Made by a program: the position numbers and the translations under genes
The notes under the pieces: model-generated
The model's database searches: none
The model's input: the letters and a program-made list of their open reading frames with translations, nothing else
What the model was told of the DNA's origin: nothing
Shown: positions 1 to 8,834 of the stretch, piece by piece
Layout of the letters: each line of letters opens with the position of its first letter
Numbering within the stretch: position 1 is the first letter of the stretch
IMG/VR virus record: IMGVR_UViG_3300010370_000027
Source of the DNA: a virus
Reading direction: 5' to 3' (one strand)
Length of the DNA stretch: 64,000 nucleotides

Positions 1-476
1 TGTGACATTCCCTTGCGTGAACCTGAAGTAGCCCAAGCAGCAAGCCCCTTTTTGTACTCTGCCTCTACAGAACCAGGAGTGAGACCTCGTTTCTCAGCTT
101 TCTTCCTAAGGGTTTCTTTGGTCTTAGCAGAAAGAGCCTCATTTAAAACTTCAGATATGAGATCTTGAAGAAGCGCTATACCTTCTTTTGCAGACTCAGA
201 ATCATCGCGTGGCTTACTCTTGAAGCCGGGTTTCTCACGCTCTTTCTCTTCCATGTCAGCCCGTAGTTTATAAGCTCGCTTCCTGTCTTCGGGATCATCG
301 CTCTTTGCAAGCTCTTTCGCTCTGTCGAGGTCACGATCACGCTTTGTCCCCTGTTTTGCACCGTATTGTCTTGGGTGGGGCTTGTCTGAAGCATCTTTCT
401 TCTTAGCTTCTTCTAGGGCATCTTTGATAAGGTTGCGAAGATCTTCCTCTGTCAATGATAGCTCTTCGTTCGACAT
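1..476 (-). CDS. Partial (runs off window start) DUF5824-like phage protein, probable head-associated protein
   Basis: Not in the ORF track. I translated it from ATG at 476: MSNEELSLTEEDLRNLIKDALEEAKKK...LISEVLNEALSAKTKETLRKKAEKRGLTPGSVEAEYKKGLAAWATSGSRKGMS. The 'GLAAW-T-G-R-G' segment resembles DUF5824. Start lies next to the stop of 478..1092. Confidence 0.7.
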   Translation of the reverse strand, partial: MSNEELSLTEEDLRNLIKDALEEAKKKDASDKPHPRQYGAKQGTKRDRDLDRAKELAKSDDPEDRKRAYKLRADMEEKEREKPGFKSKPRDDSESAKEGIALLQDLISEVLNEALSAKTKETLRKKAEKRGLTPGSVEAEYKKGLAAWATSGSRKGMS

Positions 477-477
477 T

Positions 478-1092
478 TCACTTCTCGCTTGGCCACTTTC
501 CTGTGGCCTTGTGCATCATCCAAGCTGCTGCCGCCTCTGGTTCATCAGCCCACTTCTCAACCTTCTTAACCTTGTCTTTGAAGGTCTTTGTTCCCTTTAG
601 TATCTTCTGTGCAGTCTTCTTGGAAGGTCCCTTAGATTTCGCTTCAGCGTGCACCTCGTGCTCGTGCTCGTCTTCCTCGCCGTATGCTTCGAGATTCGCA
701 TCGCCAGTAAGATAACCGTGAACCTGCTGAAGATTCTCGTGAGCAACTGCTATGTGGCTTTGTACCCATCCGGGAAGCTGATCATCATAATCGAGAAGCT
801 CGCAGATGTCATGCGCCATCTCCTTCATTGAAGAGAGCTGTGACTTTGCCATGTATCCTTCGTCATCTTGAGCAGCACCATGCTCAGAACCGTGTAGAAA
901 TCGATCATCATCATCAAAATCAACAGCAGGTTCATGATCGTCCCCGGCGACGTAACCCCAGTTTCCGTTCTTCCAGGCTGCCATCTCATCTTCTGTGATG
1001 CGAGTCATTGCTTCTGTAAGATTCTTCTTTGGCTTTATCTTAGAAATCTCCTCTGAGATAATCTTTCTAAGCATCGATGCTGTAAGCTTCAT
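478..1092 (-). CDS. Hypothetical acidic protein, probable internal head protein
   Basis: N-terminus MKLTASMLRKIISEEI; internal 'EGYMAKSQL...QLPGWVQSHI' segment typical of large-phage virion proteins; overlaps the dps stop (ATGA). Confidence 0.6.
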   Translation of the reverse strand: MKLTASMLRKIISEEISKIKPKKNLTEAMTRITEDEMAAWKNGNWGYVAGDDHEPAVDFDDDDRFLHGSEHGAAQDDEGYMAKSQLSSMKEMAHDICELLDYDDQLPGWVQSHIAVAHENLQQVHGYLTGDANLEAYGEEDEHEHEVHAEAKSKGPSKKTAQKILKGTKTFKDKVKKVEKWADEPEAAAAWMMHKATGKWPSEK

Positions 1093-1640
1093 TGTGGCAT
1101 AATCCTTTGTTTGAGGAGATAGATGTGTCCTTCATGCTTGTCCTCGATTCCAGCGAGAAGGTTGTCGAGTCCACGGGACATAGTGCCGTTCGCCTTGAGA
1201 TGCTCCGCTAGATGAGCAGCAGCCTTAAGGAAGTTCATCTCAGCGAGGTAGGAACGCTTAGCAAGTTCGGTGGGCTGTGGAATCGTGGCAGTCATTCCAT
1301 ATCCCTGAAGTAGCTGGCATAGCTGCTTGTGCTGAAGGACGACGTCCACGTTCGAAGTGCAACCGAGACCGATGGCTTTTTCTGCAAGAGAGTCAATGTC
1401 TGCTGCAGTAGCCTCATAGATTCGAGAGAAGAGGAGATGATCTCCGTAGAAAGGATCGCCCTTCGTGATCCAGTGATGATTCTGGTGGACTGCAGCGAGG
1501 AACTTGAGGTGGACGAGGAGGACAGAGAGCTCTGGGTACGGAACTCCTCCCCACTCTGAAACCATGTTCTCTGTGATGATGTCGAGGTTGGGTTCCACGA
1601 CAAGAGCCATCTCAAGGGTTTCTACGAGTCTTTTCTTCAT
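1089..1640 (-). CDS. dps: Dps/ferritin-like protein with N-terminal extension
   Basis: HQNHHWITKGDPFYGDHLLF..Y.....DIDSLAEK matches the Dps ferroxidase pattern (HW..G..F...H.lF, D.lAE); C-terminal HEGHIYLL helix. Confidence 0.85.
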   Translation of the reverse strand: MKKRLVETLEMALVVEPNLDIITENMVSEWGGVPYPELSVLLVHLKFLAAVHQNHHWITKGDPFYGDHLLFSRIYEATAADIDSLAEKAIGLGCTSNVDVVLQHKQLCQLLQGYGMTATIPQPTELAKRSYLAEMNFLKAAAHLAEHLKANGTMSRGLDNLLAGIEDKHEGHIYLLKQRIMPQ

Positions 1641-2794
1641 TACTTAAGCTCCAGGTTGAATCCGACCATATTGATGCCAGATCCGTGGGGTCCCCACGAA
1701 AGTCTATAAGGTTCTCCTGCAAGTGCCTGTCTCTTATTCCATGAATCTACATATCGATCAAGAGCCTGCTCAACCACGGAGGTCATCGAACCACCAGGTA
1801 TCTTGCCATTAACTGGGACGAGAGTTTCAACGTGACTCCCTTCACCAAGCCTGTACTTCTTTATTCCGCTTGGAACACTCGACTTCTTTACGGAAAATAA
1901 TCTTTCAGCTTCGTCGACGTACTGCGCCGTAGAATAGTTCGATTCCAGTAGATCGACAACGGGGTCTCTCACGTCTTCTTCTACGATAGGCATAACTGAA
2001 GAATCAAGATACGACTCTTTCATGAGACGGCGAGCAATTGCTCTGAGAGATCCCTCACCGAGGACCTCGTCTTCTCTTTCCTTTATGCAGTCATAGATAG
2101 AATTGAGAAGCTTGTCTCTGTCGAGCTTGACGCCGGTCGTAGAGTAGTGACTCGCGACTATTCGTGTTGCGATGGTCTCTTCCCAGTTTCCTTCAAGGTT
2201 TCCACCGTAGTCACTACAAATCTTGTGTGCAAGACGCTTATACCAAGTATCTGGTAGGTCCTTGTCGCTCTTGTGTGTTTTAACTGAATCTCCGAGCGGC
2301 TCTTCACCGTACATGTCAAAAGGCTCGTCTACTTCTTCTGGATCTGGGAGACCGGCTTCTTGCAGCTTCTTCTGCCTGGCTATCGTGAGAAGCTGATCGT
2401 CATTTGGAAACTTTTTGATTGACTCCCTTATTGCCTCGTAAGGCAAGCGCTTGGCAGCTGCGCATCTAACAGAAGAAGAAGGATCTTCGAGGAGTCTAAC
2501 AACCATTTTTTCAGGAAGAAGACGAGCAGCAACTTTTCTCAGTGCTGCAGAATTGCTTATAGAAGCCTCTATAAGGACAGACGTCTTGACGCTGCCTCGC
2601 TGAACCTCTCTTCTAAAGGCTTCAGAAAGATCGAGTTGTTCATTAACTGCCTCTGCAACTCTATCACAATTTTTTGATACCATCACTGGTGGACCGAAAA
2701 CGCGGAAAAACTCTTCGCGAATTGTCGCATACTTCTGTTCTTCTTTTATCGTTTTCTTTGCTACTTGCTGCAGCTCTTTAAGCTTCAGATGCAT
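1640..2794 (-). CDS. Hypothetical protein with HEAT/LRV-like repeats, probable virion protein
   Basis: KVAARLLP...LLEDPSSSVRCAAAKRLP repeat-like segment; N-terminal LKELQQVAKKTIKEE; ATACTTA motif and AGGAG upstream. Confidence 0.5.
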   Translation of the reverse strand: MHLKLKELQQVAKKTIKEEQKYATIREEFFRVFGPPVMVSKNCDRVAEAVNEQLDLSEAFRREVQRGSVKTSVLIEASISNSAALRKVAARLLPEKMVVRLLEDPSSSVRCAAAKRLPYEAIRESIKKFPNDDQLLTIARQKKLQEAGLPDPEEVDEPFDMYGEEPLGDSVKTHKSDKDLPDTWYKRLAHKICSDYGGNLEGNWEETIATRIVASHYSTTGVKLDRDKLLNSIYDCIKEREDEVLGEGSLRAIARRLMKESYLDSSVMPIVEEDVRDPVVDLLESNYSTAQYVDEAERLFSVKKSSVPSGIKKYRLGEGSHVETLVPVNGKIPGGSMTSVVEQALDRYVDSWNKRQALAGEPYRLSWGPHGSGINMVGFNLELK

Positions 2795-2844
2795 ATTGAA
2801 AAGACTCCTAGCTCCTAAGTATTAAGCGTCCATAAAATCATACG

Positions 2845-3039
2845 CTATTTAGTGGACAACTTCATGTCTTTGGCCCAAGATAATATCTTTTTCTTTGCAG
2901 AATCTCTAACAAAGACGCTTTTTTCCTTAAATTTGGGATCACTTAAAAGCTCTTCAGTATACCCTTCTTCGGGTTGAGATCCTGCCATCTCAATTTCTTC
3001 TCTGATTATCTTTCTTAGATCACTCAATTTTATTTTCAT
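2845..3039 (-). CDS. Small hypothetical protein, probable internal head protein
   Basis: MKIKLSDLRKIIREEI leader; ATAGTTA motif 5 nt upstream of the ATG. Confidence 0.6.
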   Translation of the reverse strand: MKIKLSDLRKIIREEIEMAGSQPEEGYTEELLSDPKFKEKSVFVRDSAKKKILSWAKDMKLSTK

Positions 3040-3043
3040 GTAG

Positions 3044-3574
3044 CTAACTATCTAACGAAAAGAAAGAAGTCCAGTCAGGATGCCAAGTTCCTGTCGGGCT
3101 AACGTCCCAGAAGTGATTCATTAGAGGAATAGTAGGAGCCTTTCTAAGATGCATTCCAGACTCAGCAAGAAGCCTAGAGCCTTTCTTTAGATTGCACCTC
3201 TTGCAAGCAGAGACACAGTTTTTCCAGTCAGTTCCACCGCCTTTGGAGCGAGGCAATACGTGGTCAATTGTGATCGTCTTGTAATCAAGATTTATTCCGC
3301 AATATTGGCACTGCCAGTTATCACGATTAAATAGAACTCTTTTTCTAAACCTTGGTGTAGAGTATTTTCGTGTTACGCGGTCCAAAAGTCTAACAGTTGC
3401 AGGAACCCTATAGGCTTTGCCTGGTGATGTGTATATTTCGTCCCAAGAGCTTGACTGCTCTCCCATTATTATGACTTCTGCTCTTCCCTTGAAGAGGAGA
3501 TTAAGGGCCCGGATTGAGGACACAAAATTTAGCGGAGTCCAGTCGGCGTTAAGAAGTAATACATTTCTTTTCAT
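3044..3574 (-). CDS. HNH endonuclease (McrA-like)
   Basis: VLLLNADWTPL N-terminus; RDNWQCQYCG...TIDHVLPRSKGG...WKNCVSACKRCNLKKG HNH motif. Confidence 0.92.
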   Translation of the reverse strand: MKRNVLLLNADWTPLNFVSSIRALNLLFKGRAEVIIMGEQSSSWDEIYTSPGKAYRVPATVRLLDRVTRKYSTPRFRKRVLFNRDNWQCQYCGINLDYKTITIDHVLPRSKGGGTDWKNCVSACKRCNLKKGSRLLAESGMHLRKAPTIPLMNHFWDVSPTGTWHPDWTSFFSLDS

Positions 3575-4527
3575 GACGACATCTTGAAGTCAAATGATAC
3601 TTCGCCCGTGTCCGCATCAACGCAAGTATTTGCGCCGATAGGTATCGGGCTCGTGAGGGGGCCGTGGGAGAAACTGTAGCCGTAAGCACAAGGTGGACCA
3701 TGACCGCAATATTCGAGAAGAACGTCTTCTACTGATGGAACCTTCCCTTCGAGATCTTTCGGTACGTCCTCAAATTGTCCAACGACAATTCCTGAAACAC
3801 TACCAAGAAAACCAGAGAGTCGCAGGTGAAGAAACTCTCGAGAAAGCTCAACGCCTTCCTTGTGAACATCCTCTACGAATAGAATCATATTCTCAGGGAT
3901 GGGCATATAGGGGGTTCCAACTAGATGGACAAAAGTGTCAAGATTTCCTCCAATAGAAATTCCCGAGACTTTTCCGGGAGATACTGTTCTTGGAAAGAAA
4001 GGATTAAAGTAGAAGGGACGAGAACCCCACAGTTGGTCGGACTTAAGCAATTCAAGAGTAAGTTTGAAAGATTCTGAGTCCGCCTCTTGAATTTTTCTTC
4101 CCTTGTCCAGACGAATAGAGGGCGTCTGGCCATTTATAGAAATGAGACCAGACTTGGTAAACAGTGCTGTGTTGATCGCAGTGAGATCAGACATTCCCAA
4201 AAATGGCTTTTGGGAAGCACGTATCTTGTCGTAATCAAGATAGGGAAGAACTGCTGCAGATCCTTCACCTCCAACAGCACCTATGACTCCTGCAATGCCA
4301 GGCTGTGAAAATGCCCAGTTGAGCTCATCAACTCTATCTCTAACAGAGCCTGCATGATCTCCTGTAGTCTTAAGATTCTTAACACAAGGTCCCAAGACAG
4401 GCTCAAGGCCGCACTCTCTGATGATATCAATTCCTGCCTGGACTTCGTCCGAGACGATAGGGCCAGAAGGAGCCACAATAGCTACGCGAGAGTTATTACG
4501 TAATCGTCTTGGAGGAAGAATTAGCAT
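3571..4527 (-). CDS. Peptidase S66 (LD-carboxypeptidase / MccF-like)
   Basis: VAIVAPSG, GMSDLT (catalytic Ser), GGNL, LFVED (Glu), FSHG (His), IPIGA: Ser-Glu-His triad order of S66. Confidence 0.88.
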   Translation of the reverse strand: MLILPPRRLRNNSRVAIVAPSGPIVSDEVQAGIDIIRECGLEPVLGPCVKNLKTTGDHAGSVRDRVDELNWAFSQPGIAGVIGAVGGEGSAAVLPYLDYDKIRASQKPFLGMSDLTAINTALFTKSGLISINGQTPSIRLDKGRKIQEADSESFKLTLELLKSDQLWGSRPFYFNPFFPRTVSPGKVSGISIGGNLDTFVHLVGTPYMPIPENMILFVEDVHKEGVELSREFLHLRLSGFLGSVSGIVVGQFEDVPKDLEGKVPSVEDVLLEYCGHGPPCAYGYSFSHGPLTSPIPIGANTCVDADTGEVSFDFKMSS

Positions 4528-4542
4528 GATGTAATTATTATG

Positions 4543-5331
4543 TCAACGCTTTCTTGGGTGACCAGATCGCATAGATGAAACAGCATCATCAAAAATCTTT
4601 TCATCTCGTTCAACGCAAATCCAATTTCTATTCAACTTTCTTGCAGAAATTGCAGCTGTCATGGACCCGCCGAAGGGATCAAGAATCCAGTCGCCTTCAT
4701 TGGTGTTTGCGAGAATGGGTATCTCAAAGACCTGTAGTGGCTTCTGAGTAGGATGTACCTTACCAGAGAAGATCTCTGTGATGTCCGTCCAAACGTTGGT
4801 CCTCCGGTAGAACTCGCTCTTGGCAGGATACTTCGCATCATAACCTGCATATCCACGCTTCGTGTCGAGGTAAGGAACATTGAAGGTGGCAGGCTTCTTG
4901 ATGTTGCCCTTCACCATGTAGAGGATCTCTTCGCGAGTGGAGAGATAGTTGTGCTGAACGCCGTACGCACGCTTCTTATGCCATGTGACGAGATTGGCAA
5001 TTCTCATGGGAGTCTCATACTCCACACGATGTGCATACTCAAAGAAAGGACGGAAGCCCGGAATTCCGTATCCACCCCACACGTACATGGCACCACCGTC
5101 TACCAATAAATCAGAGAATGTGTTTGTCCAACCCACCATCCAATTAACGAAGTTTTTTTGTCCTTCGTGCCACTTATCCCACTCCTCATCGATGATGTTA
5201 CCGTAAGGAGGATCTGTGATGACTGCCTTCAGCTTAGAAGCTCCGAGAGTATTCTTGATCTCGTCGATTACCTCTTGAGAAGTGCAGTCACCACAGATCG
5301 CCAGGCCGTCTTCGAATTTCTCAATCTTCAT
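4543..5331 (-). CDS. DNA methyltransferase, N6-adenine/N4-cytosine, beta class
   Basis: TDPPY catalytic motif N-terminal; HPTQKP and ILDPFGGS SAM-binding motif C-terminal. Confidence 0.92.
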   Translation of the reverse strand: MKIEKFEDGLAICGDCTSQEVIDEIKNTLGASKLKAVITDPPYGNIIDEEWDKWHEGQKNFVNWMVGWTNTFSDLLVDGGAMYVWGGYGIPGFRPFFEYAHRVEYETPMRIANLVTWHKKRAYGVQHNYLSTREEILYMVKGNIKKPATFNVPYLDTKRGYAGYDAKYPAKSEFYRRTNVWTDITEIFSGKVHPTQKPLQVFEIPILANTNEGDWILDPFGGSMTAAISARKLNRNWICVERDEKIFDDAVSSMRSGHPRKR

Positions 5332-5756
5332 GTTGATCTAATCTTATCAATTAGCTCGTCAGTGTTCAACTTACGTGTAAGACGCTTCTCCTGACAAGGA
5401 TCACAGAGGGTGCGGATCCAACCACCAGGCTGCTTGTGTCCAGGAACACCGCAGTCCTCACAGATTTTGAAAGACATTGCCTCTGCCATTCGAATGGCGC
5501 CTCGGATTTCATCGTTTCCACCATAGATGTAGAAGCGAAGTCCACCGAACTTCTCCTTCACTTGTACAGCGAGAGGTTGAAGCGCTTCCTTCTCTTCATC
5601 ACTTAGTCTATAGCCAGCGTTGTCAGCTTCATTCTGAATGACTGCACAGAGACGTTCTACGAGGTCGTACCAGCCATCTCCGCACTCGGTGTACTTGAGA
5701 TTGCTGAAGATCTTTGGATACTTTTTGAATAGTTCTTCTTGCTTTTCGGGACTCAT
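5328..5756 (-). CDS. Conserved phage hypothetical protein
   Basis: CGDGW..L, QVKEKFGGLRFY and CEDCG...GWIRTLC motifs, a pattern common in phage proteins. Confidence 0.7.
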   Translation of the reverse strand: MSPEKQEELFKKYPKIFSNLKYTECGDGWYDLVERLCAVIQNEADNAGYRLSDEEKEALQPLAVQVKEKFGGLRFYIYGGNDEIRGAIRMAEAMSFKICEDCGVPGHKQPGGWIRTLCDPCQEKRLTRKLNTDELIDKIRST

Positions 5757-5770
5757 ACCAAGATACTAAA

Positions 5771-5799
5771 TTGGTCGATGCAAAGATTACATCGACCAA
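5771..5799 (-). terminator. 10-bp inverted repeat; terminator-like hairpin overlapping a promoter
   Basis: TTGGTCGATG-N9-CATCGACCAA just downstream of the 5812..6717 stop. Confidence 0.5.
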
Positions 5800-5811
5800 A
5801 TCAGAATTTAG

Positions 5812-6717
5812 CTACTTTACTTCGATAACGTCCAAGTCATCGAGAGCAATTAAAATGTCCATGATCTCTGTAGACATCTCTTCGTCGTTTTCTGCGCCTA
5901 GAGCCTTTTGAAGATCGTCTAAGAAATCACCGAATTGTTTCTTTGCTGCTTCCTTCTTCTTGTCATCAGCTTCGACGATAAGACCAGCAATCTTGCCCCA
6001 CTTCTCTACTGAAATTGACTCTGTGATCGTTCTGGACTTTTTTGCCGCGTTCAAGATAACAGTCTCGCTAATTCGACGACCTCCTTCGGCAAGTAGGTGA
6101 TTGTTCTTGATGAGCCAATTGATCACCTTTTCAGCAACCTCTGGATTTGTCTTGGTTTGCTGAGAAATCGCCTTTGCGAGTGCCTTAGAGGCCTTGGGTG
6201 AATCGATTTTCTTCTCTTGGGCTTGTGCAGCGACCTTCTCTGGGTCTTGTCCGGATGCAGCCGCTGCTGCTCTCACTATTGTCGAGATCGAAGAATCCCC
6301 AGCTGTGATGGGACTTCCCGACTTTGGAGCAGCAGTCTCAGCAGGTGCTGATCCTGATCCGCCTGTGCTGGGGGATTCTGCTGCTTTTTCTATCTTTGTA
6401 GGCTCAGCACCCGCGCCTGTAAGTATTGAATTAAGTAATTCAAGGGCTACTTCGGGAGAGACACCTGCATCCTTTGCAATAGACTTAAGATCTTGAATCT
6501 CTTTCGTGATGTTGTCTGCAGCAACCTTCACTCTTCTATTAAATTTGTTATTGGCGAAGATTTTACCTATGTCGGTAGCGCCTGTGTCCTTCACGGCTCC
6601 AAGCCAAGACTTGAGATTGTCAAACCAACCCTCAAGAATAACTTCTCGTTGGGCATCAGACAAGTTTGCTTCCAAAAGAGTCTGATATATCTTGTAGCGC
6701 AAAGCAGAATTTTCCAT
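5812..6717 (-). CDS. Hypothetical protein, probable internal head protein
   Basis: Many L/I-x-E sites (LLEA, ILEG, LAEG, ITES, IVEA); ATAATTA motif and GAGGA upstream. Confidence 0.55.
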   Translation of the reverse strand: MENSALRYKIYQTLLEANLSDAQREVILEGWFDNLKSWLGAVKDTGATDIGKIFANNKFNRRVKVAADNITKEIQDLKSIAKDAGVSPEVALELLNSILTGAGAEPTKIEKAAESPSTGGSGSAPAETAAPKSGSPITAGDSSISTIVRAAAAASGQDPEKVAAQAQEKKIDSPKASKALAKAISQQTKTNPEVAEKVINWLIKNNHLLAEGGRRISETVILNAAKKSRTITESISVEKWGKIAGLIVEADDKKKEAAKKQFGDFLDDLQKALGAENDEEMSTEIMDILIALDDLDVIEVK

Positions 6718-6762
6718 ATTTCCTCTTCAATAAACGAATTAATTATAATCAACAGACAAATA

Positions 6763-6796
6763 AAAAACGGCAGGACTTTAAAGTCCTGCCGTTTTT
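6763..6796. terminator. Perfect 34-bp palindrome, intrinsic terminator after hsp20
   Basis: AAAAACGGCAGGACTTTAAAGTCCTGCCGTTTTT; T-run follows the stem on both strands. Confidence 0.85.
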
Positions 6797-6811
6797 CTAC
6801 AGTTCAATAGC

Positions 6812-7201
6812 TTACTTTACCTTGATCTCAACCGTCTTTGTTTTTGCGCTCGACGTCTTCCCGAAAGTGAGAGTGAGGACTCCGTCTTCGTGGGTAGCCA
6901 CAACAGTTTCTGGATCGTGGTCTCTGGAGAGAACGTAGGAGTACTTGAAGTCTTCTCCCCTAAGTTTTCCGGTAACTTTGATCTCACGCCCCGTGACCTG
7001 CACGGAGATGTCCTTGCTCTTTACTCCCGGTAGATCGATGGAGAGATGGAGTTCGTTGTCTTTCTCTTCCGTCCTGTACACTGAGGTGTTGGTGTACACC
7101 CTCGTACGAGACGTGGGGGTCGAGTAAAGGTCCTCTAGCGTACGAAGGGTGTCGAAGAGAGTCGGTGTCTTCAGCATCGAGTCGTATCTAATGTTCATCA
7201 T
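6812..7201 (-). CDS. Small heat-shock protein (Hsp20/alpha-crystallin family)
   Basis: LSIDLPGVKSKDISVQV and VATHEDGVLTLTF alpha-crystallin motifs; AGGAG SD 8 nt upstream. Confidence 0.9.
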   Translation of the reverse strand: MMNIRYDSMLKTPTLFDTLRTLEDLYSTPTSRTRVYTNTSVYRTEEKDNELHLSIDLPGVKSKDISVQVTGREIKVTGKLRGEDFKYSYVLSRDHDPETVVATHEDGVLTLTFGKTSSAKTKTVEIKVK

Positions 7202-7210
7202 CTATTATTC

Positions 7211-7249
7211 TCCTGTGATCTTGAGGCTCATTGCCTCGTGGTCACAGGA
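7211..7249 (-). promoter_or_regulatory. SD-sequestering hairpin in the hsp20 5' UTR (candidate RNA thermometer)
   Basis: mRNA UCCUGUGA-CCAC-GAGGC-AAUGA-GCCUC-AAGA-UCACAGGA-G; AGGA of the SD is in the lower stem. Confidence 0.6.
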
Positions 7250-7291
7250 TAATCATCAGCATCGGGAAGGTAACCCCCCACGAGAAACTTT

Positions 7292-7540
7292 TTAGACCAA
7301 AATATCTCGAGTGATTTCTGTATCTGCCTGCTTCTTTGCAGCTTCAGCGAGGTACTGTTCATGCATCTTCTCTACTGAAAAGACATACTCGGGATCAAGC
7401 GTCAACGTCCCAGGTTCACTGACATCTTCTACAAGTCTGACCTGTCTAAGAAGATCTGCACCGTCGAGGCCAAAAATAACTGCCTCCTGAAATATCTGAA
7501 TCATTCTCATTGCAACACTATCTGAAATCTTGTAGCTCAT
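7292..7540 (-). CDS. Hypothetical protein
   Basis: Start moved to ATG 7540 (MSYKISD), which has GGAG upstream. Confidence 0.65.
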   Translation of the reverse strand: MSYKISDSVAMRMIQIFQEAVIFGLDGADLLRQVRLVEDVSEPGTLTLDPEYVFSVEKMHEQYLAEAAKKQADTEITRDILV

Positions 7541-7551
7541 TGTTTCTCCGT

Positions 7552-8142
7552 TCAAGATGGTATGTTCCTTGTAGTCTTTAACACCACGATTATTTCTGTA
7601 AATACTGATTCTTTAGATCTATCTGAAGCTACTATGTGAGCTTCTTTTGGGTTCTTGTTGACCCAGTCAGCATAAAGCTTTCTCACTTTTTCCTGAAGCT
7701 CGTTATCTTTCTCATAGACGTCTTCAGCGACGTGTGCGTGGGGCTTGCCAAGAAGCACAAGCGTGTAATCTGGTTTTCTTAGCTTTCTATAGAAATAGTT
7801 GACAAATCCGTCATCGACTCCGGCAGCCTTGCCATACACTGTCGTAGAGAGACTCCACCTGTCAAAGATGAGATAGTCATATTCGTGATCGAGATCTGAA
7901 AGTTCTTTCGTTTGAAAGAGCCAGCGATTGAGGAACTGAGTGAGCTGAAAGATTCTTGGGAATTTTTTAGCGTGTCCCTTCTCAAGCATCCAGTAAATTG
8001 CGTCGTATGTAACTTTATCGTGTATGGGAACTTCCACCACTTTAGCTTTCTTTCCGCATTGCCAAAGATATTCACAGAGTAGCGCACTCTGTGTGGCCTT
8101 GCCGCATCTATCAGGTCCTTCAATCACTATGATCTTGCTCAT
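7552..8142 (-). CDS. tmk: Thymidylate kinase
   Basis: IIVIEGPDRCGKATQ P-loop; LIFDRWSLSTTVYG; KPDYTLVL. Confidence 0.9.
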   Translation of the reverse strand: MSKIIVIEGPDRCGKATQSALLCEYLWQCGKKAKVVEVPIHDKVTYDAIYWMLEKGHAKKFPRIFQLTQFLNRWLFQTKELSDLDHEYDYLIFDRWSLSTTVYGKAAGVDDGFVNYFYRKLRKPDYTLVLLGKPHAHVAEDVYEKDNELQEKVRKLYADWVNKNPKEAHIVASDRSKESVFTEIIVVLKTTRNIPS

Positions 8143-8798
8143 TCGAAAGGTCCTCTTAGCTGTCCATCAACAAGCAAACCGAAAGCTTCGAGTGTGGCAT
8201 CAAACTGTCCAGTTTCCTTGACGAGTCTCAGCATCTCACCTGCCAAGTCGCGAATCTCCAGCTGGGCGTGTGTGGAGTATCGCAGTCTGAGGAAGTGAAC
8301 GAAGCTCCTGAAGTTGAACATCACGTCAGCCGTGAGCTGATTCCCGTAAGGAACATACATCCTGGCAGATTCCTTGGCTCTCTTCCGAGGAACGCCCTTC
8401 TTCTCGAGACGTGTGAGAACCTCGTGGTATCTCTTCAGGGAAGCCTCCATGTGCTCGACGTACTTCGTCTTCTCCTCTGTGTCCCAGTCTGTAGGAACGT
8501 AATACTTGTCGTCCTTCAACTCCTTGTATCGAGCTGACTCTCCGTTCACGGAGACTCCGATGCGATGCTTAATCAAATGGATATGTGAAGCAATCTCGGT
8601 CGTGCACAGGAAGTGGAGCGAACTCTTCTCGAAGGGAGTTTCGTGTCCATTCTCTGCGAGCATTTTCAGAAGCTTGGGACTTCTCTCCCTCTTCTCGTCC
8701 GTCAAATCACGAGAGGTGGAGGTCCACGCCGAAAGGGCGTGGGATTCATCTCCACCATAAAAACCGATTAATTCTACTCTGTTGAGTTGTTCGGGCAT
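8139..8798 (-). CDS. thyX: FAD-dependent thymidylate synthase
   Basis: GHETPFE, IKHR...SVNGESARY, KESARMYVP, NFRSFVHFLRLR..HAQLEIR. Confidence 0.93.
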   Translation of the reverse strand: MPEQLNRVELIGFYGGDESHALSAWTSTSRDLTDEKRERSPKLLKMLAENGHETPFEKSSLHFLCTTEIASHIHLIKHRIGVSVNGESARYKELKDDKYYVPTDWDTEEKTKYVEHMEASLKRYHEVLTRLEKKGVPRKRAKESARMYVPYGNQLTADVMFNFRSFVHFLRLRYSTHAQLEIRDLAGEMLRLVKETGQFDATLEAFGLLVDGQLRGPFE

Positions 8799-8804
8799 GT
8801 AGTC

Positions 8805-8834
8805 ATATTACTACACACTACGTACGAATTTCAA
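8805..8834 (-). promoter_or_regulatory. Sigma70-like promoter, probably leaderless thyX mRNA
   Basis: TTGAAA-N18-TAATAT-N6-ATG; no SD. Confidence 0.55.

Noticed and set aside
3044-5331. HNH plus methyltransferase as a restriction-modification pair
   Set aside because: They are separated by the peptidase and appear to have different promoters; orphan methyltransferases and HNH genes are common in phages.
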